Below, one piece after another: positions 54,268 to 64,000 of a stretch of DNA of 64,000 nt. Where the stretch lies: the NCBI GenBank assembly GCA_963793105.1, contig CAWBZB010000006.1, positions 146,727 to 210,726 on the forward strand, given 5' to 3'. The DNA comes from an uncultured bacterium (GTDB lineage: Bacteria; Actinomycetota; Actinomycetes; S36-B12). Both the position numbers and the translations under genes were made by a program. A model generated the notes under the pieces. The model did not search any database and was not told where the DNA came from. It saw only the letters and a list, made by a program, of their open reading frames with translations. Position 1 is the first letter of the stretch. Each line of letters opens with the position of its first letter.

Positions 54268-55384
54268 TCAGCGGGTGCTGGGCTCCACGAACGGCGGCTT
54301 GACCACGCGGAACCTCGAGGCCCGACCCCGCACGTCCACGACCACCTCGTCGCCGACGGCGACGGACGTGTCGAGAAGGCCGAGCCCGACGCCCTGCTTG
54401 AGCGTCGGGGAGAAGGTGCCGGAGGTCACCTCGCCGACGACCTCCCCGCCGAGCGGGTCGGCGTCGCCGGGTCGCCGCACCTGCATGTGCGGCCGAGGGA
54501 TGCCACGGTCCAGGGCCAGCAGCCCGCGCAGGCGCCGTGACGGTCCCGCCTCGCGCTGCGCGACAAGGGCGTCCCGGCCCACGAACTCGGGCTTGCCCCA
54601 GCCGACCGCCCAGCCCAGCATCGCCTCGACAGGGGTGATCGACGGGCTGATGTCCTGACCGTGCAGCGGATAGCCCATCTCGGTGCGGAGGGTGTCTCGA
54701 GCCCCGAGGCCGGCCGGCACGGCGCCGAGGGGCGCGCCCGCCTCGAGCAGTGCGTCCCACAGATCGCCCAGCACCGCCGCCGGCGCGACGAGCTCGTAGC
54801 CGTGCTCGCCGGTGTATCCCGTGCGGCAGACGATCAGCGGCTCGCCGGCGAACTGGGCTGACGCCATGGCCATGTAGTCATGGTCCGCGGGCAGCCCCAT
54901 CGCGCGGATCAGCTCCTCGCTGCGGGGTCCCTGGACGGCGATGATGCCGTGGTCCTCATGGTGGTCGTCGACCATCACCCCCTCCGGCGCTCGGTCGCGC
55001 AGATCGGCCACCACCGCTGCGGCATTCGCGGCGTTCGGGATCATGAAGACCTCGTCGTCGCTCCATCGGTAGACGATGAGGTCGTCGACGACGCCGCCGT
55101 CGTCGTTGCACAGCATCGAGTACTGCGCATGCCCGTCGGCGATCCGGTCCAGGTCGTTGGCGAGCACCCTGTTGAGGAAGCGCCACCGCTCCCGGACCGT
55201 GGATGCGTACCTTGCCCATGTGCGACACGTCGAACAGGCCGACCGCCGTGCGCACCGCCGTGTGCTCCGCGACGACGCCGGCGTACTCGATGGGCATGTC
55301 CCAGCCGCCGAAGTCAGCCGTCTTGGCACCCGCCGCGGCATGCCGCGAGTGGAGGGGGGTCTGCTTCAGAGGGGTCTCGTTCAC
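54268..55384 (-). CDS. gcvT: glycine cleavage system aminomethyltransferase (T protein); frame broken near 55180
   Basis: N-terminal 68 codons ([12 protein letters not shown]...[10 protein letters not shown]...[20 protein letters not shown]) are in one frame. [23 protein letters not shown]... continues in the next, and skipping base 55180 joins them. Confidence 0.85.
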
Positions 55385-55445
55385 GAGCCGACCGTAGTGC
55401 GTGGAGCGCCCTGCCCGAGGCCGACGTGACGATTACAGTGCTGCC

Positions 55446-56960
55446 ATGACCCACACACCGACCGCCAAGATCGTCCTCGCCGACACCAAGCCCGCCTCGA
55501 TGGTCACCGATGCCCTGGTCGTGGCCGTTGCCCCCGCTCGCGGCAAGAAGGTCGAGATCCTCTCGCCCGGGCTGACCGCAGCGGCCCGTGCCCGGCTCGC
55601 CGACTCGTTCGCCGCGCTCGGCGCGCGAGGCAAGGCCGGCGAGGTCACGCGGATGCCCGGCGGGGCGGGCATCAAGGCCCCCGTCGTGGTCGGGGTCGGA
55701 CTCGGCGACGCCGCCAAGCAGGCTGACCCCGAGTCCGTGCGCCGGTCGGTCGGCGATGCCGTGCGCAGCCTGGCCGGGACGCGCCGGATCGCGCTGGCAC
55801 TCCCCCTTGCCGACGACGAGGACCTGCTGACGGTGTCCGTCGCCGCTCTGCTCGCCGCCTACGACTTCGTGGCCTTCCGGCACGCGTCGAAGAAGGACCG
55901 CAAGTCGCCCGTGCAGACCGTCACCGTGCTGCTACCCGCCGCGCCGACGGCGCAGCAGAAGCAGGCGGTGAAGGATGTGTCTGCCGTCGTCAGCTCGGTG
56001 AACTTCACGCGCGACCTCGTCAACACCCCGCCCAACCACCTGCCGCCATCGGTGCTCGCGGAAGCTGCCCGCGCCGCCGTGGCCGACCTGCCGGTCGAGG
56101 TGACGATCTGGGACGAGCTCGACCTCATCCGCGAGGGCTGCGGCGGCATCCTGGCCGTCGGGCAGGGCTCGGCGAACCCGCCCCGGCTGACCAGGCTCGA
56201 GTACGCACCTGAGGGTGCCCGCGCGCACCTCGCGATCGTGGGCAAGGGCATCACCTTCGACACCGGCGGCATCTCCCTCAAGCCGCCCGCCAACATGGAT
56301 GAGATGAAGTCCGACATGGCCGGCGCCGCCGCGGTCATCGGGACGGTCCGGGCAGTCGCGATGATGGGCCTGCCCGTCCGGGTCACCGGCTGGGTGCCGT
56401 CCGCCGAGAACATGCCGAGCGGGACGGCTCAGCGGCCCGGCGACGTCATCAGGATGTACGGCGGGAAGACCGTGGAGGTGCTCAACACCGACGCCGAGGG
56501 CCGGCTGATCCTGGCGGACGCCCTCGGGATGGCTGCGGAGGACAAGCCGGACCTCCTCATCGACGTGGCCACGCTGACCGGAGCCGCGGTCGTCGCCCTC
56601 GGGCTTCGCACGGCCGGGGTCATGGGCAACGACGACGAGGCCCGCGCGGCCGTCTGCGCCGCCGCCGACGCCGCTGGCGAGGCGATGTGGCCGATGCCGC
56701 TGCCCGACGACCTGCGCACCGGGCTCGACTCCGGCACGGCCGACATCGCCAATATCGGCGACCGGAACGGCGGGATGCTCTCGGCGGGGGTCTTCCTCCG
56801 CGAGTTCGTCCCCGCTGGTCAGCCCTGGGTCCACGTGGACATCGCAGGACCGTCCTTCAACGCGAAGGCCGCCTACGGCTACACGCCGAAGGGCGGGACC
56901 GGCTCCGCGGTGCGCACGTTCGTGCAGGTGGCCGCCGAGATGTCACAGGGCGGAGAGTGA
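55446..56960 (+). CDS. pepA: leucyl aminopeptidase (M17)
   Basis: VGKGITFDTGGISLKP, NTDAEGRL, DIATLTGA-type motifs. Confidence 0.9.
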   Translation: MTHTPTAKIVLADTKPASMVTDALVVAVAPARGKKVEILSPGLTAAARARLADSFAALGARGKAGEVTRMPGGAGIKAPVVVGVGLGDAAKQADPESVRRSVGDAVRSLAGTRRIALALPLADDEDLLTVSVAALLAAYDFVAFRHASKKDRKSPVQTVTVLLPAAPTAQQKQAVKDVSAVVSSVNFTRDLVNTPPNHLPPSVLAEAARAAVADLPVEVTIWDELDLIREGCGGILAVGQGSANPPRLTRLEYAPEGARAHLAIVGKGITFDTGGISLKPPANMDEMKSDMAGAAAVIGTVRAVAMMGLPVRVTGWVPSAENMPSGTAQRPGDVIRMYGGKTVEVLNTDAEGRLILADALGMAAEDKPDLLIDVATLTGAAVVALGLRTAGVMGNDDEARAAVCAAADAAGEAMWPMPLPDDLRTGLDSGTADIANIGDRNGGMLSAGVFLREFVPAGQPWVHVDIAGPSFNAKAAYGYTPKGGTGSAVRTFVQVAAEMSQGGE

Positions 56961-57068
56961 TCGCACCGGCCGTCACAGGGGGGCATGTACTCCTCGGCCG
57001 CGACGGTGGGAGGATGTGACCTCACCTCACGTGACGATGACGCATCCCCGAGACTGGAGTGGGCGACA

Positions 57069-58436
57069 GTGGCCAATGCAGACCTGGTAATCCTCGGTGG
57101 CGGCAGCGGCGGCTACGCCTGCGCCCTGAGGGCGTCCGAGCTCGGGATGTCCGTCATCCTGATCGACAAGGGGAAGCTGGGCGGCACGTGCCTGCACAAC
57201 GGCTGCATCCCCACCAAGGCGCTGCTGCATGCGGCCGAGGTCGCCGACAGCGCGAAGGAGAGCGACGCCTTCGGGGTGCGGGCCACCTTCGACGGGATCG
57301 ACATGCCGAAGGTGAACGAGTACCGCGACGGCGTGGTGAGCCGGCTCTACAAGGGCCTGCAGGGGTTGATCAAGAGCCGCAACGTCACGTTCGTGGAGGG
57401 TGCCGGACGGCTGGTCTCCCCCGACACCGTCGAGGTCAACGGCGAGCAGTACACCGGCAAGAACGTGGTCCTGGCCACCGGCTCGTACGCCCGGAGCCTC
57501 CCGGGCCTGGACATCGGCGGGCGCATCATGACGTCCGACCAGGCACTGAATCTCGACTACGTGCCCAAGAGCGTGATCGTCCTTGGCGGCGGGGTCATCG
57601 GCGTGGAGTTCGCCAGCGTCTGGAAGTCGTTCGGGGCCGACGTGACGATCGTCGAGGCCCTCCCCCACCTGGTCCCCAACGAGGACGAGGCATGCTCGAA
57701 GGCGCTCGAGCGCGCCTTCCGCAAGCGCAAGATCGACTTCAGCCTCGGGGTCCGCTTCGCCAGTGCCACGCAGGATGACGCGGGCGTGCACGTGACGCTC
57801 GAGGACGGCAAGCAGCTGGACGCCGAGCTCCTCCTCGTGGCCGTCGGTCGGGGACCGAACGCGTCCGGCATGGGGTTCGAGGAGCAGGGCGTCGCGATGG
57901 AGCGGGGCTGGGTCCTCGTCGACGAGCGCCTGCGCACAAACGTCGCGGGGGTCTTCGCCGTCGGCGACATCACGCCCGGCCTGCAGTTGGCCCACCGCGG
58001 CTTCCAGCACGGGATCTTCGTCGCCGAGGAGCTCGCTGGCCTCAACCCCGCGGTCATCGCGGACATCAACATCCCCCGCGTGACGTACTGCGAGCCCGAG
58101 GTGGCCAGTGTCGGCCTCACCGAGGCGCAGGCGCGCGAGCAGCACGGCAACAATGTGGCCGTGTACGAGTACAACCTCGGCGGCAACGGCAAGAGCCAGA
58201 TCCTGGCGACGACCGGCTTCGTCAAGCTGGTCCAGGTCACCGACGGACCGGTCATCGGGGTCCACATGGTCGGCTCGCGGATCGGTGAGCAGATCGGCGA
58301 GGCGCAGCTCATCGTGAACTGGGAGGCCCATCCGGAGGATGTGGCCACGTTGATCCACGCCCATCCCACGCAGAACGAGGCGTTGGGCGAGGCGCACCTC
58401 GCACTCGCCGGCAAGCCCCTCCACGCGCACGCCTGA
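57069..58436 (+). CDS. lpdA: dihydrolipoyl dehydrogenase
   Basis: [11 protein letters not shown], redox-active [14 protein letters not shown]-terminal HAHPT. GTG 57069. Confidence 0.9.
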   Translation: MANADLVILGGGSGGYACALRASELGMSVILIDKGKLGGTCLHNGCIPTKALLHAAEVADSAKESDAFGVRATFDGIDMPKVNEYRDGVVSRLYKGLQGLIKSRNVTFVEGAGRLVSPDTVEVNGEQYTGKNVVLATGSYARSLPGLDIGGRIMTSDQALNLDYVPKSVIVLGGGVIGVEFASVWKSFGADVTIVEALPHLVPNEDEACSKALERAFRKRKIDFSLGVRFASATQDDAGVHVTLEDGKQLDAELLLVAVGRGPNASGMGFEEQGVAMERGWVLVDERLRTNVAGVFAVGDITPGLQLAHRGFQHGIFVAEELAGLNPAVIADINIPRVTYCEPEVASVGLTEAQAREQHGNNVAVYEYNLGGNGKSQILATTGFVKLVQVTDGPVIGVHMVGSRIGEQIGEAQLIVNWEAHPEDVATLIHAHPTQNEALGEAHLALAGKPLHAHA

Positions 58437-58467
58437 CGCACCACGGATTCGAAGGAGCACGTCACCG

Positions 58468-60219
58468 ATGTCGGTCACCGTCACGATGCCCGCACTGGGC
58501 GAGAGCGTCACCGAGGGAACGGTCACCCGCTGGCTGAAGGCGGTCGGCGACACCATCGTCGCCGATGAGCCGCTGCTGGAGGTGTCCACGGACAAGGTCG
58601 ACACCGAGATCCCGGCCCCCGCGTCCGGCGTGCTGCTGTCCATCACCGTCGGTGAGGACGAGACCGTCGAGGTCGGCGCCGAGCTGGCCGTCATCGGCGA
58701 GGCGAGCGAGTCCGGTTCGCCGACTCCCGCAGCCCCGGAACCCGCCGCCGAGGCGCCCGCACCGGCCGCACCTGCTCCCCCCGTCCCGACGCCCGCTGCC
58801 GAGACGCCCGCCCCTGCCCCAGCGCCGACCCCTGAACCGGCTGCTGCGGCGTCGGGGGGTGGCGGGGACTCCACCTCGGTCCTCATGCCGGCGCTTGGCG
58901 AGAGCGTCACCGAGGGCACCGTCACCCGATGGCTGAAGGCCGTCGGCGACCCGGTGGCGGTGGACGAACCACTCCTGGAGGTGTCCACCGACAAGGTCGA
59001 CACCGAGATCCCGGCCCCCACGGCGGGAATCCTGCTGTCGATCACCGTCGGTGAGGACCAGACCGTCGAGGTCGGCGCCGAGCTCGGCCGGATCGGCGCG
59101 GCGTCGACGGGAGGGGCGAGCACGGCGAGCGCGGCACCGGCGTCGCCGGCAACCGCTGCCCCCGCAGCCGCACCCGCAGCACCGGCGCCCGCACCCGCGG
59201 CCCCGGCTCCCGCGGCCCCGGCTCCCGCGGCAGCATCGGCGCCCTCGACGACCGCGCCCGCCTCGAACGCAGACGCCTACGTGACCCCGCTGGTCCGCCG
59301 ACTGGCGGCGCAGCACGGCGTGGACCTGTCGACCGTGGCCGGAACCGGCGTCGGTGGCCGGGTCCGCAAGTCCGACGTCCTCGAGGCCGCGATGAAGAAG
59401 AAGGAGGCCGAGGCTGCGGCGGCCGCGCCCGCTGCCCCGGCGTCGACGACCGCGCCGGCCGCGAAGGCCCCGGCCCCTGCTCCCGCGGCGTCGCCGCTGC
59501 GCGGTCGGACCGAGAAGCTGACCCGGCTGCGCAAGGTGATCGCCGAGCGCATGGTGGAGTCGCTGCATGTCTCGGCCCAGCTGACCACGGTCGTCGAGGT
59601 CGACGTCACCCGGATCGCCTCCCTCCGCGGGAGGGTCAAGCGTGACTTCGAGGCCCGCGAGGGCGTCAAGCTGTCCTTCCTGCCGTTCTTCTGCAAGGCG
59701 GCCGTGGAGGCCCTCAAGCAGTTCCCGCAGGTCAACGCCACCATCAACATGGCCGAGGGCACGATCACCTACTTCGACGCCGAGCACCTGGGGATCGCCG
59801 TCGACAGCGAGCGCGGACTGCTGGTGCCCGTCGTCCGAGATGCCGGCGACCTGAACATCGCGGGCCTGTCCCGGCGGATCGCCGACCTGGCCGACCGCAC
59901 CCGCACCAACAAGCTCTCCCCGGACGAGCTCAGCGGCGGCACCTTCACGGTCACCAACACCGGCAGCCGCGGCGCCCTGTTCGACACCCCGATCATCAAC
60001 CAGCCGCAGGTCGCCATCCTCGGCACCGGCGCGGTCGTCAAGCGCCCGATCGTGGTGACCGACGAGAACGGGCAGGACGGCATCGCCATCCGCTCGATGG
60101 TCTACCTCGCCCTGACCTACGACCACCGCCTCGTCGACGGCGCCGACGCCGCCCGCTTCCTGACCACCATCAAGTCCCGCCTGGAGGACGCCGCGTTCGA
60201 GGCCGAGCTCGGCCTCTAG
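58468..60219 (+). CDS. sucB: 2-oxoacid dehydrogenase E2 (dihydrolipoyllysine-residue succinyl/acyltransferase) with two lipoyl domains
   Basis: Two copies of [18 protein letters not shown]...[14 protein letters not shown], Ala/Pro linkers, a PSBD ([16 protein letters not shown]) and the catalytic DHRLVDG. Confidence 0.9.
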   Translation: MSVTVTMPALGESVTEGTVTRWLKAVGDTIVADEPLLEVSTDKVDTEIPAPASGVLLSITVGEDETVEVGAELAVIGEASESGSPTPAAPEPAAEAPAPAAPAPPVPTPAAETPAPAPAPTPEPAAAASGGGGDSTSVLMPALGESVTEGTVTRWLKAVGDPVAVDEPLLEVSTDKVDTEIPAPTAGILLSITVGEDQTVEVGAELGRIGAASTGGASTASAAPASPATAAPAAAPAAPAPAPAAPAPAAPAPAAASAPSTTAPASNADAYVTPLVRRLAAQHGVDLSTVAGTGVGGRVRKSDVLEAAMKKKEAEAAAAAPAAPASTTAPAAKAPAPAPAASPLRGRTEKLTRLRKVIAERMVESLHVSAQLTTVVEVDVTRIASLRGRVKRDFEAREGVKLSFLPFFCKAAVEALKQFPQVNATINMAEGTITYFDAEHLGIAVDSERGLLVPVVRDAGDLNIAGLSRRIADLADRTRTNKLSPDELSGGTFTVTNTGSRGALFDTPIINQPQVAILGTGAVVKRPIVVTDENGQDGIAIRSMVYLALTYDHRLVDGADAARFLTTIKSRLEDAAFEAELGL

Positions 60220-60242
60220 CCTGTCCCACCTCGCCTGCCCCA

Positions 60243-60303
60243 CCGAGACCTGCAGCAACCGGTGCCACAGCACGCCGGTGGTCCCGGTTGGGACAGGTCT
60301 CGG
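60243..60303 (+). terminator. long imperfect hairpin after sucB
   Basis: CCGAGACCTG...CAGGTCTCGG outer stem with an inner CAACCGG/CCGGTTG stem, 24 nt after the stop. Confidence 0.45.
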
Positions 60304-60350
60304 CGAGTGGTGAAGGTGCGTGCGGGCGCGCGACACGAGAGGGTGTCCAC

Positions 60351-61313
60351 ATGAGAGTCGCAGTCACCGGAGCATCCGGTCTGATCGGGTCCGCACTCGT
60401 ACCGCACCTTCGGTCGGTCGGGCACGAGGTCGTCCGCCTGGTCCGCCGTCCGGCCGGGTCGCCCGACGAGATCACCTGGGATCCGAAGGCCGGCACGGTC
60501 GATCTCGACGCCCTGCAGGGAGTCGACGGCGTCGTCCATCTCGCCGGGGCCGGCGTCGGCGACCATCGATGGACCGACGCGTACAAGCGGGAGATCCTCG
60601 ATAGCCGTGTCGACGGCACCCGGACGATCGCCCAGGCCGTCCGGGCGCTCGACCCGAAGCCGCGCGTCCTGGTCTCCGCCTCCGCCATCGGCTGGTACGG
60701 AGACACCGGCGATCGCGAGGTGGACGAGACCGCCCCCGCCGGCACGGGTTTCCTGGCCGACGTCGTGCGGGCGTGGGAGGCTGCCGCCGAGCCGGCCGCG
60801 GCCGCCGGCATCCGGGTCGTGCATCCGCGCACCGGTCTCGTCGTCGAGGCCCCCGACAGCACCCTGGGACCGCTGGTCTCCGTCCTGAGGCTGGGCGCCG
60901 GCGGCCGCACGTCCGGCATCGGCGGTGCGTTCGGGCCGCTGGTCCCCGCGGCGCGGCTCAACCTTGCCGGCCGACTGGGCTCGGGCAAGCAGTACTGGTC
61001 GTGGATCTCGCTGCGAGACGAGGTCTGCGCCCTGCAGTTCCTGCTGGAACAGGATCACCTGAGCGGCCCCGTCAATCTCACCGGGCCCACGCCCGTCACC
61101 AATGCCGACGTCGCCGACGCCCTCGCGGAGCAGATCGGCCGGCGCTGGCTTCCACCCATCCCCGCCATCGCGGTCAAGGCCCTGCTGGGCGAGTTCTCGT
61201 CCGAGATCCTCGGCAGCGCGCGGGTGCTTCCTCGCGTCCTGGAGCAGTCCGGTTTCGCGTTCCAGGACCCCACCATCGAGTCAGCCATCCGCACCGCACT
61301 CGCCGAGGGGTAG
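60351..61313 (+). CDS. TIGR01777/YfcH-type NAD-dependent epimerase family protein (SDR fold plus DUF1731)
   Basis: MRVAVTGASGLIGSAL Rossmann motif and GSGKQYWSWISLRD. ATG 60351 preceded by GAGAGGG. Confidence 0.8.
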   Translation: MRVAVTGASGLIGSALVPHLRSVGHEVVRLVRRPAGSPDEITWDPKAGTVDLDALQGVDGVVHLAGAGVGDHRWTDAYKREILDSRVDGTRTIAQAVRALDPKPRVLVSASAIGWYGDTGDREVDETAPAGTGFLADVVRAWEAAAEPAAAAGIRVVHPRTGLVVEAPDSTLGPLVSVLRLGAGGRTSGIGGAFGPLVPAARLNLAGRLGSGKQYWSWISLRDEVCALQFLLEQDHLSGPVNLTGPTPVTNADVADALAEQIGRRWLPPIPAIAVKALLGEFSSEILGSARVLPRVLEQSGFAFQDPTIESAIRTALAEG

Positions 61314-61316
61314 CCG

Positions 61317-62579
61317 GTGCCGCAGGAGCATGACGTCATCGTCGTCGGGGCCGGCCTGGCGGGTCTCGCAGCGGCGCGGCAGCTCTCCATCCACGGGGTC
61401 GACGTCGTCGTCCTCGAGGCCGGTGACGACGTCGGCGGCCGGGTGCGCACCGACCGAGTCGACGGACTGCTGCTGGACCGCGGCTTCCAGCTGTACAACC
61501 CCGCCTACCCCGAGGCCGCGCGGGTCCTCGACCACGAGGCGCTCGAACTGAAGGCGTTCATCCCGGGCGTCGTCGCCCAGACCGACCGGGGACCGACGCG
61601 CCTCGCCGACCCGCGGCGACAGCCACGATGGGCGAGCGATGCCCTGTCCAGCCGATCGGGTCGACTCGCCGGGAAGCTGCGTTTCGCCGCCTACGCCTGG
61701 GGGACGGCTCGGCAGTCACCGCAGGAGCGCAGCGACCGCCCGGACATGCCGGCGGAGGTGGCCCTGCTGTCGGCTGGCGTCGACCCTGCCTTCCTCGAGA
61801 CCGTCGTCCGGCCCTTCCTCAGCGGTGTCTTCCTCGAGGACCGGCTGGCCACCTCCCGGCGGTTCCTGGACCTCGTGCTGACCAGCTTCATCCACGGGGT
61901 GCCGGCGGTGCCCGCCCGGGGCATGCAGGCCATCCCCGAGCAGCTGCGGGACGCCCTCCCCGAGGGTTCCGTCCGATGCGGGGTGCGGGTGGAGTCGGTG
62001 ATGGACGGCCGCGTGAGCACCGATGCCGGTGAGCTGGTCGCCCGCTCGGTCATCGTGGCGACGGACGGACCGGCCGCCGCGCGTCTGCTGCCCGGGCTGC
62101 ACGTACCCGAGGGCCGCGACGTGACCACCTGGTACTTCCTGGCTGACGGGGACCCGGCGCTGCTGACGGCCGGGGCGCCGGTGGTGGTCGTCGATGGCCG
62201 CGGTCGCGGTCCCCTGGTCAACGCGGTCGTCATGACGCACGCGGCGCCCAGCTACGCCTCCGGCGGGCGCACCCTGGTCGCCGCGTCGGCGCTGGGTCTC
62301 CACGACGACGCCGCGGCGACCCTGGCGGCGCGCAACCACCTCGCCCAGCTGTACGGCGTCGGCACCCGCGGCTGGGAGCACGTGGCGACGTACCCGGTCC
62401 GCTACGCCCTGCCGGCGATGCTGCCGCCCCTGGACATCCGCAAGCCGGTGTCGTTGGGTGAGTGGCTCTTCGTCGCCGGGGACCATCGCGACACGGCATC
62501 GATCCAGGGGGCCATGGTGAGCGGCCGCCGCGCTGCCGACGCCGCGCTCGCCCATCTCGGCATCACCCCCATCCGTTGA
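61317..62579 (+). CDS. FAD-dependent oxidoreductase (amine oxidase / phytoene desaturase-like)
   Basis: DVIVVGAGLAGLAAA...VLEAGDDVGGRV dinucleotide-binding motifs. GTG start 3 nt after the previous stop. Confidence 0.75.
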   Translation: MPQEHDVIVVGAGLAGLAAARQLSIHGVDVVVLEAGDDVGGRVRTDRVDGLLLDRGFQLYNPAYPEAARVLDHEALELKAFIPGVVAQTDRGPTRLADPRRQPRWASDALSSRSGRLAGKLRFAAYAWGTARQSPQERSDRPDMPAEVALLSAGVDPAFLETVVRPFLSGVFLEDRLATSRRFLDLVLTSFIHGVPAVPARGMQAIPEQLRDALPEGSVRCGVRVESVMDGRVSTDAGELVARSVIVATDGPAAARLLPGLHVPEGRDVTTWYFLADGDPALLTAGAPVVVVDGRGRGPLVNAVVMTHAAPSYASGGRTLVAASALGLHDDAAATLAARNHLAQLYGVGTRGWEHVATYPVRYALPAMLPPLDIRKPVSLGEWLFVAGDHRDTASIQGAMVSGRRAADAALAHLGITPIR

Positions 62580-62643
62580 CTGGTCGACGCCGCACCTTGT
62601 CAGGGCGATGCACCGGTGCGGGACCGACCACTCAACGAGGGGT

Positions 62644-62649
62644 TAGGGT
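62644..62649 (+). promoter_or_regulatory. candidate -10 hexamer TAGGGT for a leaderless lipB transcript
   Basis: TANNNT ends 6 nt before GTG 62656. No Shine-Dalgarno sequence. Confidence 0.3.
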
Positions 62650-62655
62650 CGTCAC

Positions 62656-63321
62656 GTGACCTCGTCCACAGCGCCGGACTCGACGACTTTCGTCGTGGAG
62701 CGGCTGGGCTTCGGCCCGCACGCGGTCGACTACCAGACCGCCTGGGACCTCCAGCGCCGGCTCCACGCGGAGATCGCCGCCGGACACCGCCCCGACACCG
62801 TCCTGCTGCTGGAGCACCAACCCGTGTACACCGCGGGCCGACGGACGGAGCCCTTCGAGCGACCGTTCGACGGCACCCCGGTCGTCGACGTCGACCGCGG
62901 CGGCAAGATCACCTGGCACGGCCCCGGGCAACTGGTGGGGTATCCCCTGCTGCGCCTGCCGAACCCGATGGACGTGGTGGCCCACGTGCGCCGCATCGAG
63001 TCGATGCTGATCGAGGTGTGCGCTGAGCTGGGCGTCACGGCGGGCCAGGTGAAGGGACGCAGCGGGGTCTGGGTGGCGGCCGACGACCGCGGCCCCGAGC
63101 GCAAGGTGGCCGCGATCGGCATCCGCGTCAGCGAGGGCGTCACGATGCACGGCTTCGCGCTGAACTGCGACAACGACCTCGCCTGGTTCGACCGGATCAT
63201 CCCGTGCGGCATCGCCGATGCGGAGGTCACGACCCTCACCCGCGAGGTGGGCCGAAAGGTGACCGTGGCGGATGCGCTGCCGATCGTCGAGGGACGCCTT
63301 GGGATGATGCTGACGTGGTAG
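62656..63321 (+). CDS. lipB: lipoyl(octanoyl) transferase
   Basis: [42 protein letters not shown] motifs. Confidence 0.9.
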   Translation: MTSSTAPDSTTFVVERLGFGPHAVDYQTAWDLQRRLHAEIAAGHRPDTVLLLEHQPVYTAGRRTEPFERPFDGTPVVDVDRGGKITWHGPGQLVGYPLLRLPNPMDVVAHVRRIESMLIEVCAELGVTAGQVKGRSGVWVAADDRGPERKVAAIGIRVSEGVTMHGFALNCDNDLAWFDRIIPCGIADAEVTTLTREVGRKVTVADALPIVEGRLGMMLTW

Positions 63322-64000
63322 ATCCCGACGGCAGACGACTGCTGCGCATCGAGGCCCGCAATGCCGAGGTCCCGATCGAGCGCAAGCCCGACTGGATCCG
63401 GACGCGGTTGAAGACCGGCCCGGAGTTCGCGCAGATCCAGGCGCTCGTGAAGTCGGAGGGCCTGCACACGGTGTGCCAGGAGGCCGGCTGCCCGAACATC
63501 TATGAGTGCTGGGAGGACCGCGAGGCCACCTTCCTCATCGGCGGGGAGCAGTGCACCCGACGCTGTGACTTCTGCCAGATCGACACCGGCAAGCCGGCGC
63601 CGCTGGACCGCGACGAGCCACGGCGCGTCGCCGAGTCCGTGCGCACCATGGGCCTGCGATATGCCACGGTCACCGGAGTGGCACGTGACGACCTGCCCGA
63701 CGAGGGGGCGTGGCTGTACGCGCAGACCGTGCGCGAGATCCACGACCTCAACCCCGGCACCGGCGTCGAGGTCCTCATCCCGGACTTCTCCGGCAATCCC
63801 GACCTCCTCGGAGAGGTGTTCGCCGCCGCGCCCGAGGTCCTCGCCCACAATCTCGAGACGGTGCCCCGGATCTTCAAGCGGATCCGGCCGGCCTTCAGGT
63901 ACGAGCGCAGTCTGGACGTCATCACGCAGGCGCGGGCGGCGGGGCTGGTGACCAAGAGCAATCTGATCCTGGGCATGGGCGAGGAGATCGAGGAGGTCCA
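63315..64000 (+). CDS. lipA: lipoyl synthase, N-terminal ~228 codons (3' end outside window)
   Basis: GTG 63315 overlaps the lipB stop. [12 protein letters not shown] auxiliary-cluster motif and radical-SAM CTRRCDFC. Frame is open to the window end. Confidence 0.9.
   Translation, partial: MVDPDGRRLLRIEARNAEVPIERKPDWIRTRLKTGPEFAQIQALVKSEGLHTVCQEAGCPNIYECWEDREATFLIGGEQCTRRCDFCQIDTGKPAPLDRDEPRRVAESVRTMGLRYATVTGVARDDLPDEGAWLYAQTVREIHDLNPGTGVEVLIPDFSGNPDLLGEVFAAAPEVLAHNLETVPRIFKRIRPAFRYERSLDVITQARAAGLVTKSNLILGMGEEIEEV

Noticed and set aside
55385-55445. Expected glycine riboswitch upstream of gcvT.
   Set aside because: The divergent gcvT-pepA spacer is only 61 nt, too short for a glycine aptamer, and no conserved core was seen.
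58700-59480. Highly repetitive GCC/CCG/GCG-rich DNA that looks like tandem repeats.
   Set aside because: It encodes the Ala/Pro-rich flexible linkers between the two lipoyl domains, the PSBD and the catalytic domain of the E2 protein. The duplicated ~230-nt blocks (58468-58700 and 58880-59100) are the two lipoyl domains, not a mobile or CRISPR-like repeat.
60861-60995. Apparent in-frame ~66-nt tandem duplication in the YfcH-like gene (LGPLVSVLRLGAGGR... / FGPLVPAARLNLAGRLGSG...).
   Set aside because: The two copies are only loosely similar at the DNA level. It is probably an old lineage-specific loop insertion, and there is no evidence of functional or mobile significance.
62597-62619. Second occurrence of TTGTCAGGG (the same 9-mer as in the RecA-NDp-like promoter), upstream of lipB.
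   Set aside because: Eight nt downstream the sequence is CGGTGC, not TAnnnT. The plausible lipB -10 element is about 40 nt further on. A single 9-mer recurrence in 128 kb of two-strand sequence is within chance expectation.
1-64000. Search for tRNA/rRNA genes, CRISPR arrays, IS elements/transposases, integrases, toxin-antitoxin pairs and restriction or other defence genes.
   Set aside because: None found. Every gap over 100 nt was read on both strands and contains only promoters, hairpins, the riboswitch or leader described above, or the decayed RHH-like remnant. The window is conserved core genome, so I do not claim a novel defence or mobile system here.

Overview
High-GC (about 70%) Actinomycetota core chromosome. 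From memory, gene order is colinear with the M. tuberculosis Rv2172c-Rv2218 neighbourhood. I call about 62 protein genes: a carotenoid tail (crtB plus two lycopene-cyclase halves), a PASTA Ser/Thr kinase, a putative pipecolate/lysine catabolic trio, ogt-aroG, pfkA, glpK, plsC, ROK glucokinase with an ArsA-like/SRPBCC cluster, and fadD15-like. Next come a RipC-like NlpC/P60 endopeptidase, an Rv2191-like exonuclease/GIY-YIG fusion, trpD, the respiratory block ctaE-qcrCAB and ctaC-ctaD-ctaF, an L,D-transpeptidase, aat, adenosine kinase, erpA, nadA and pspA-htpX. The window ends with a B12-riboswitch-controlled ECF transporter operon, gcvT, pepA, lpdA-sucB and lipB-lipA. I found no tRNA, rRNA, CRISPR array, IS element, prophage or recognisable defence island, so this is housekeeping DNA rather than an accessory region. 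The most interesting item is the cobalamin riboswitch (about 47.5 kb). Its ECF importer operon starts with two secreted proteins (an alpha/alpha-barrel prenyltransferase-like protein and a DUF4430-like protein) that together resemble a split transcobalamin fold, and it ends with a short, apparently catalytically dead CobT-like protein. Other observations: (1) Five conserved genes (ripC-like, qcrA, a cysteine-desulfurase-like gene, a 2TM gene and gcvT) are each interrupted by a frameshift that removing one base would repair, which most likely reflects systematic insertion errors in the assembly. (2) A REP-like 62-nt palindrome occurs twice. (3) A PafBC/RecA-NDp-type promoter sits in front of a leaderless exonuclease gene. 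(4) A structured leader, possibly a c-di-AMP riboswitch, precedes the cell-wall hydrolase. (5) The cysteine-desulfurase homologue lacks the PLP lysine. All functional calls come from reading the translations by eye; no searches were run.
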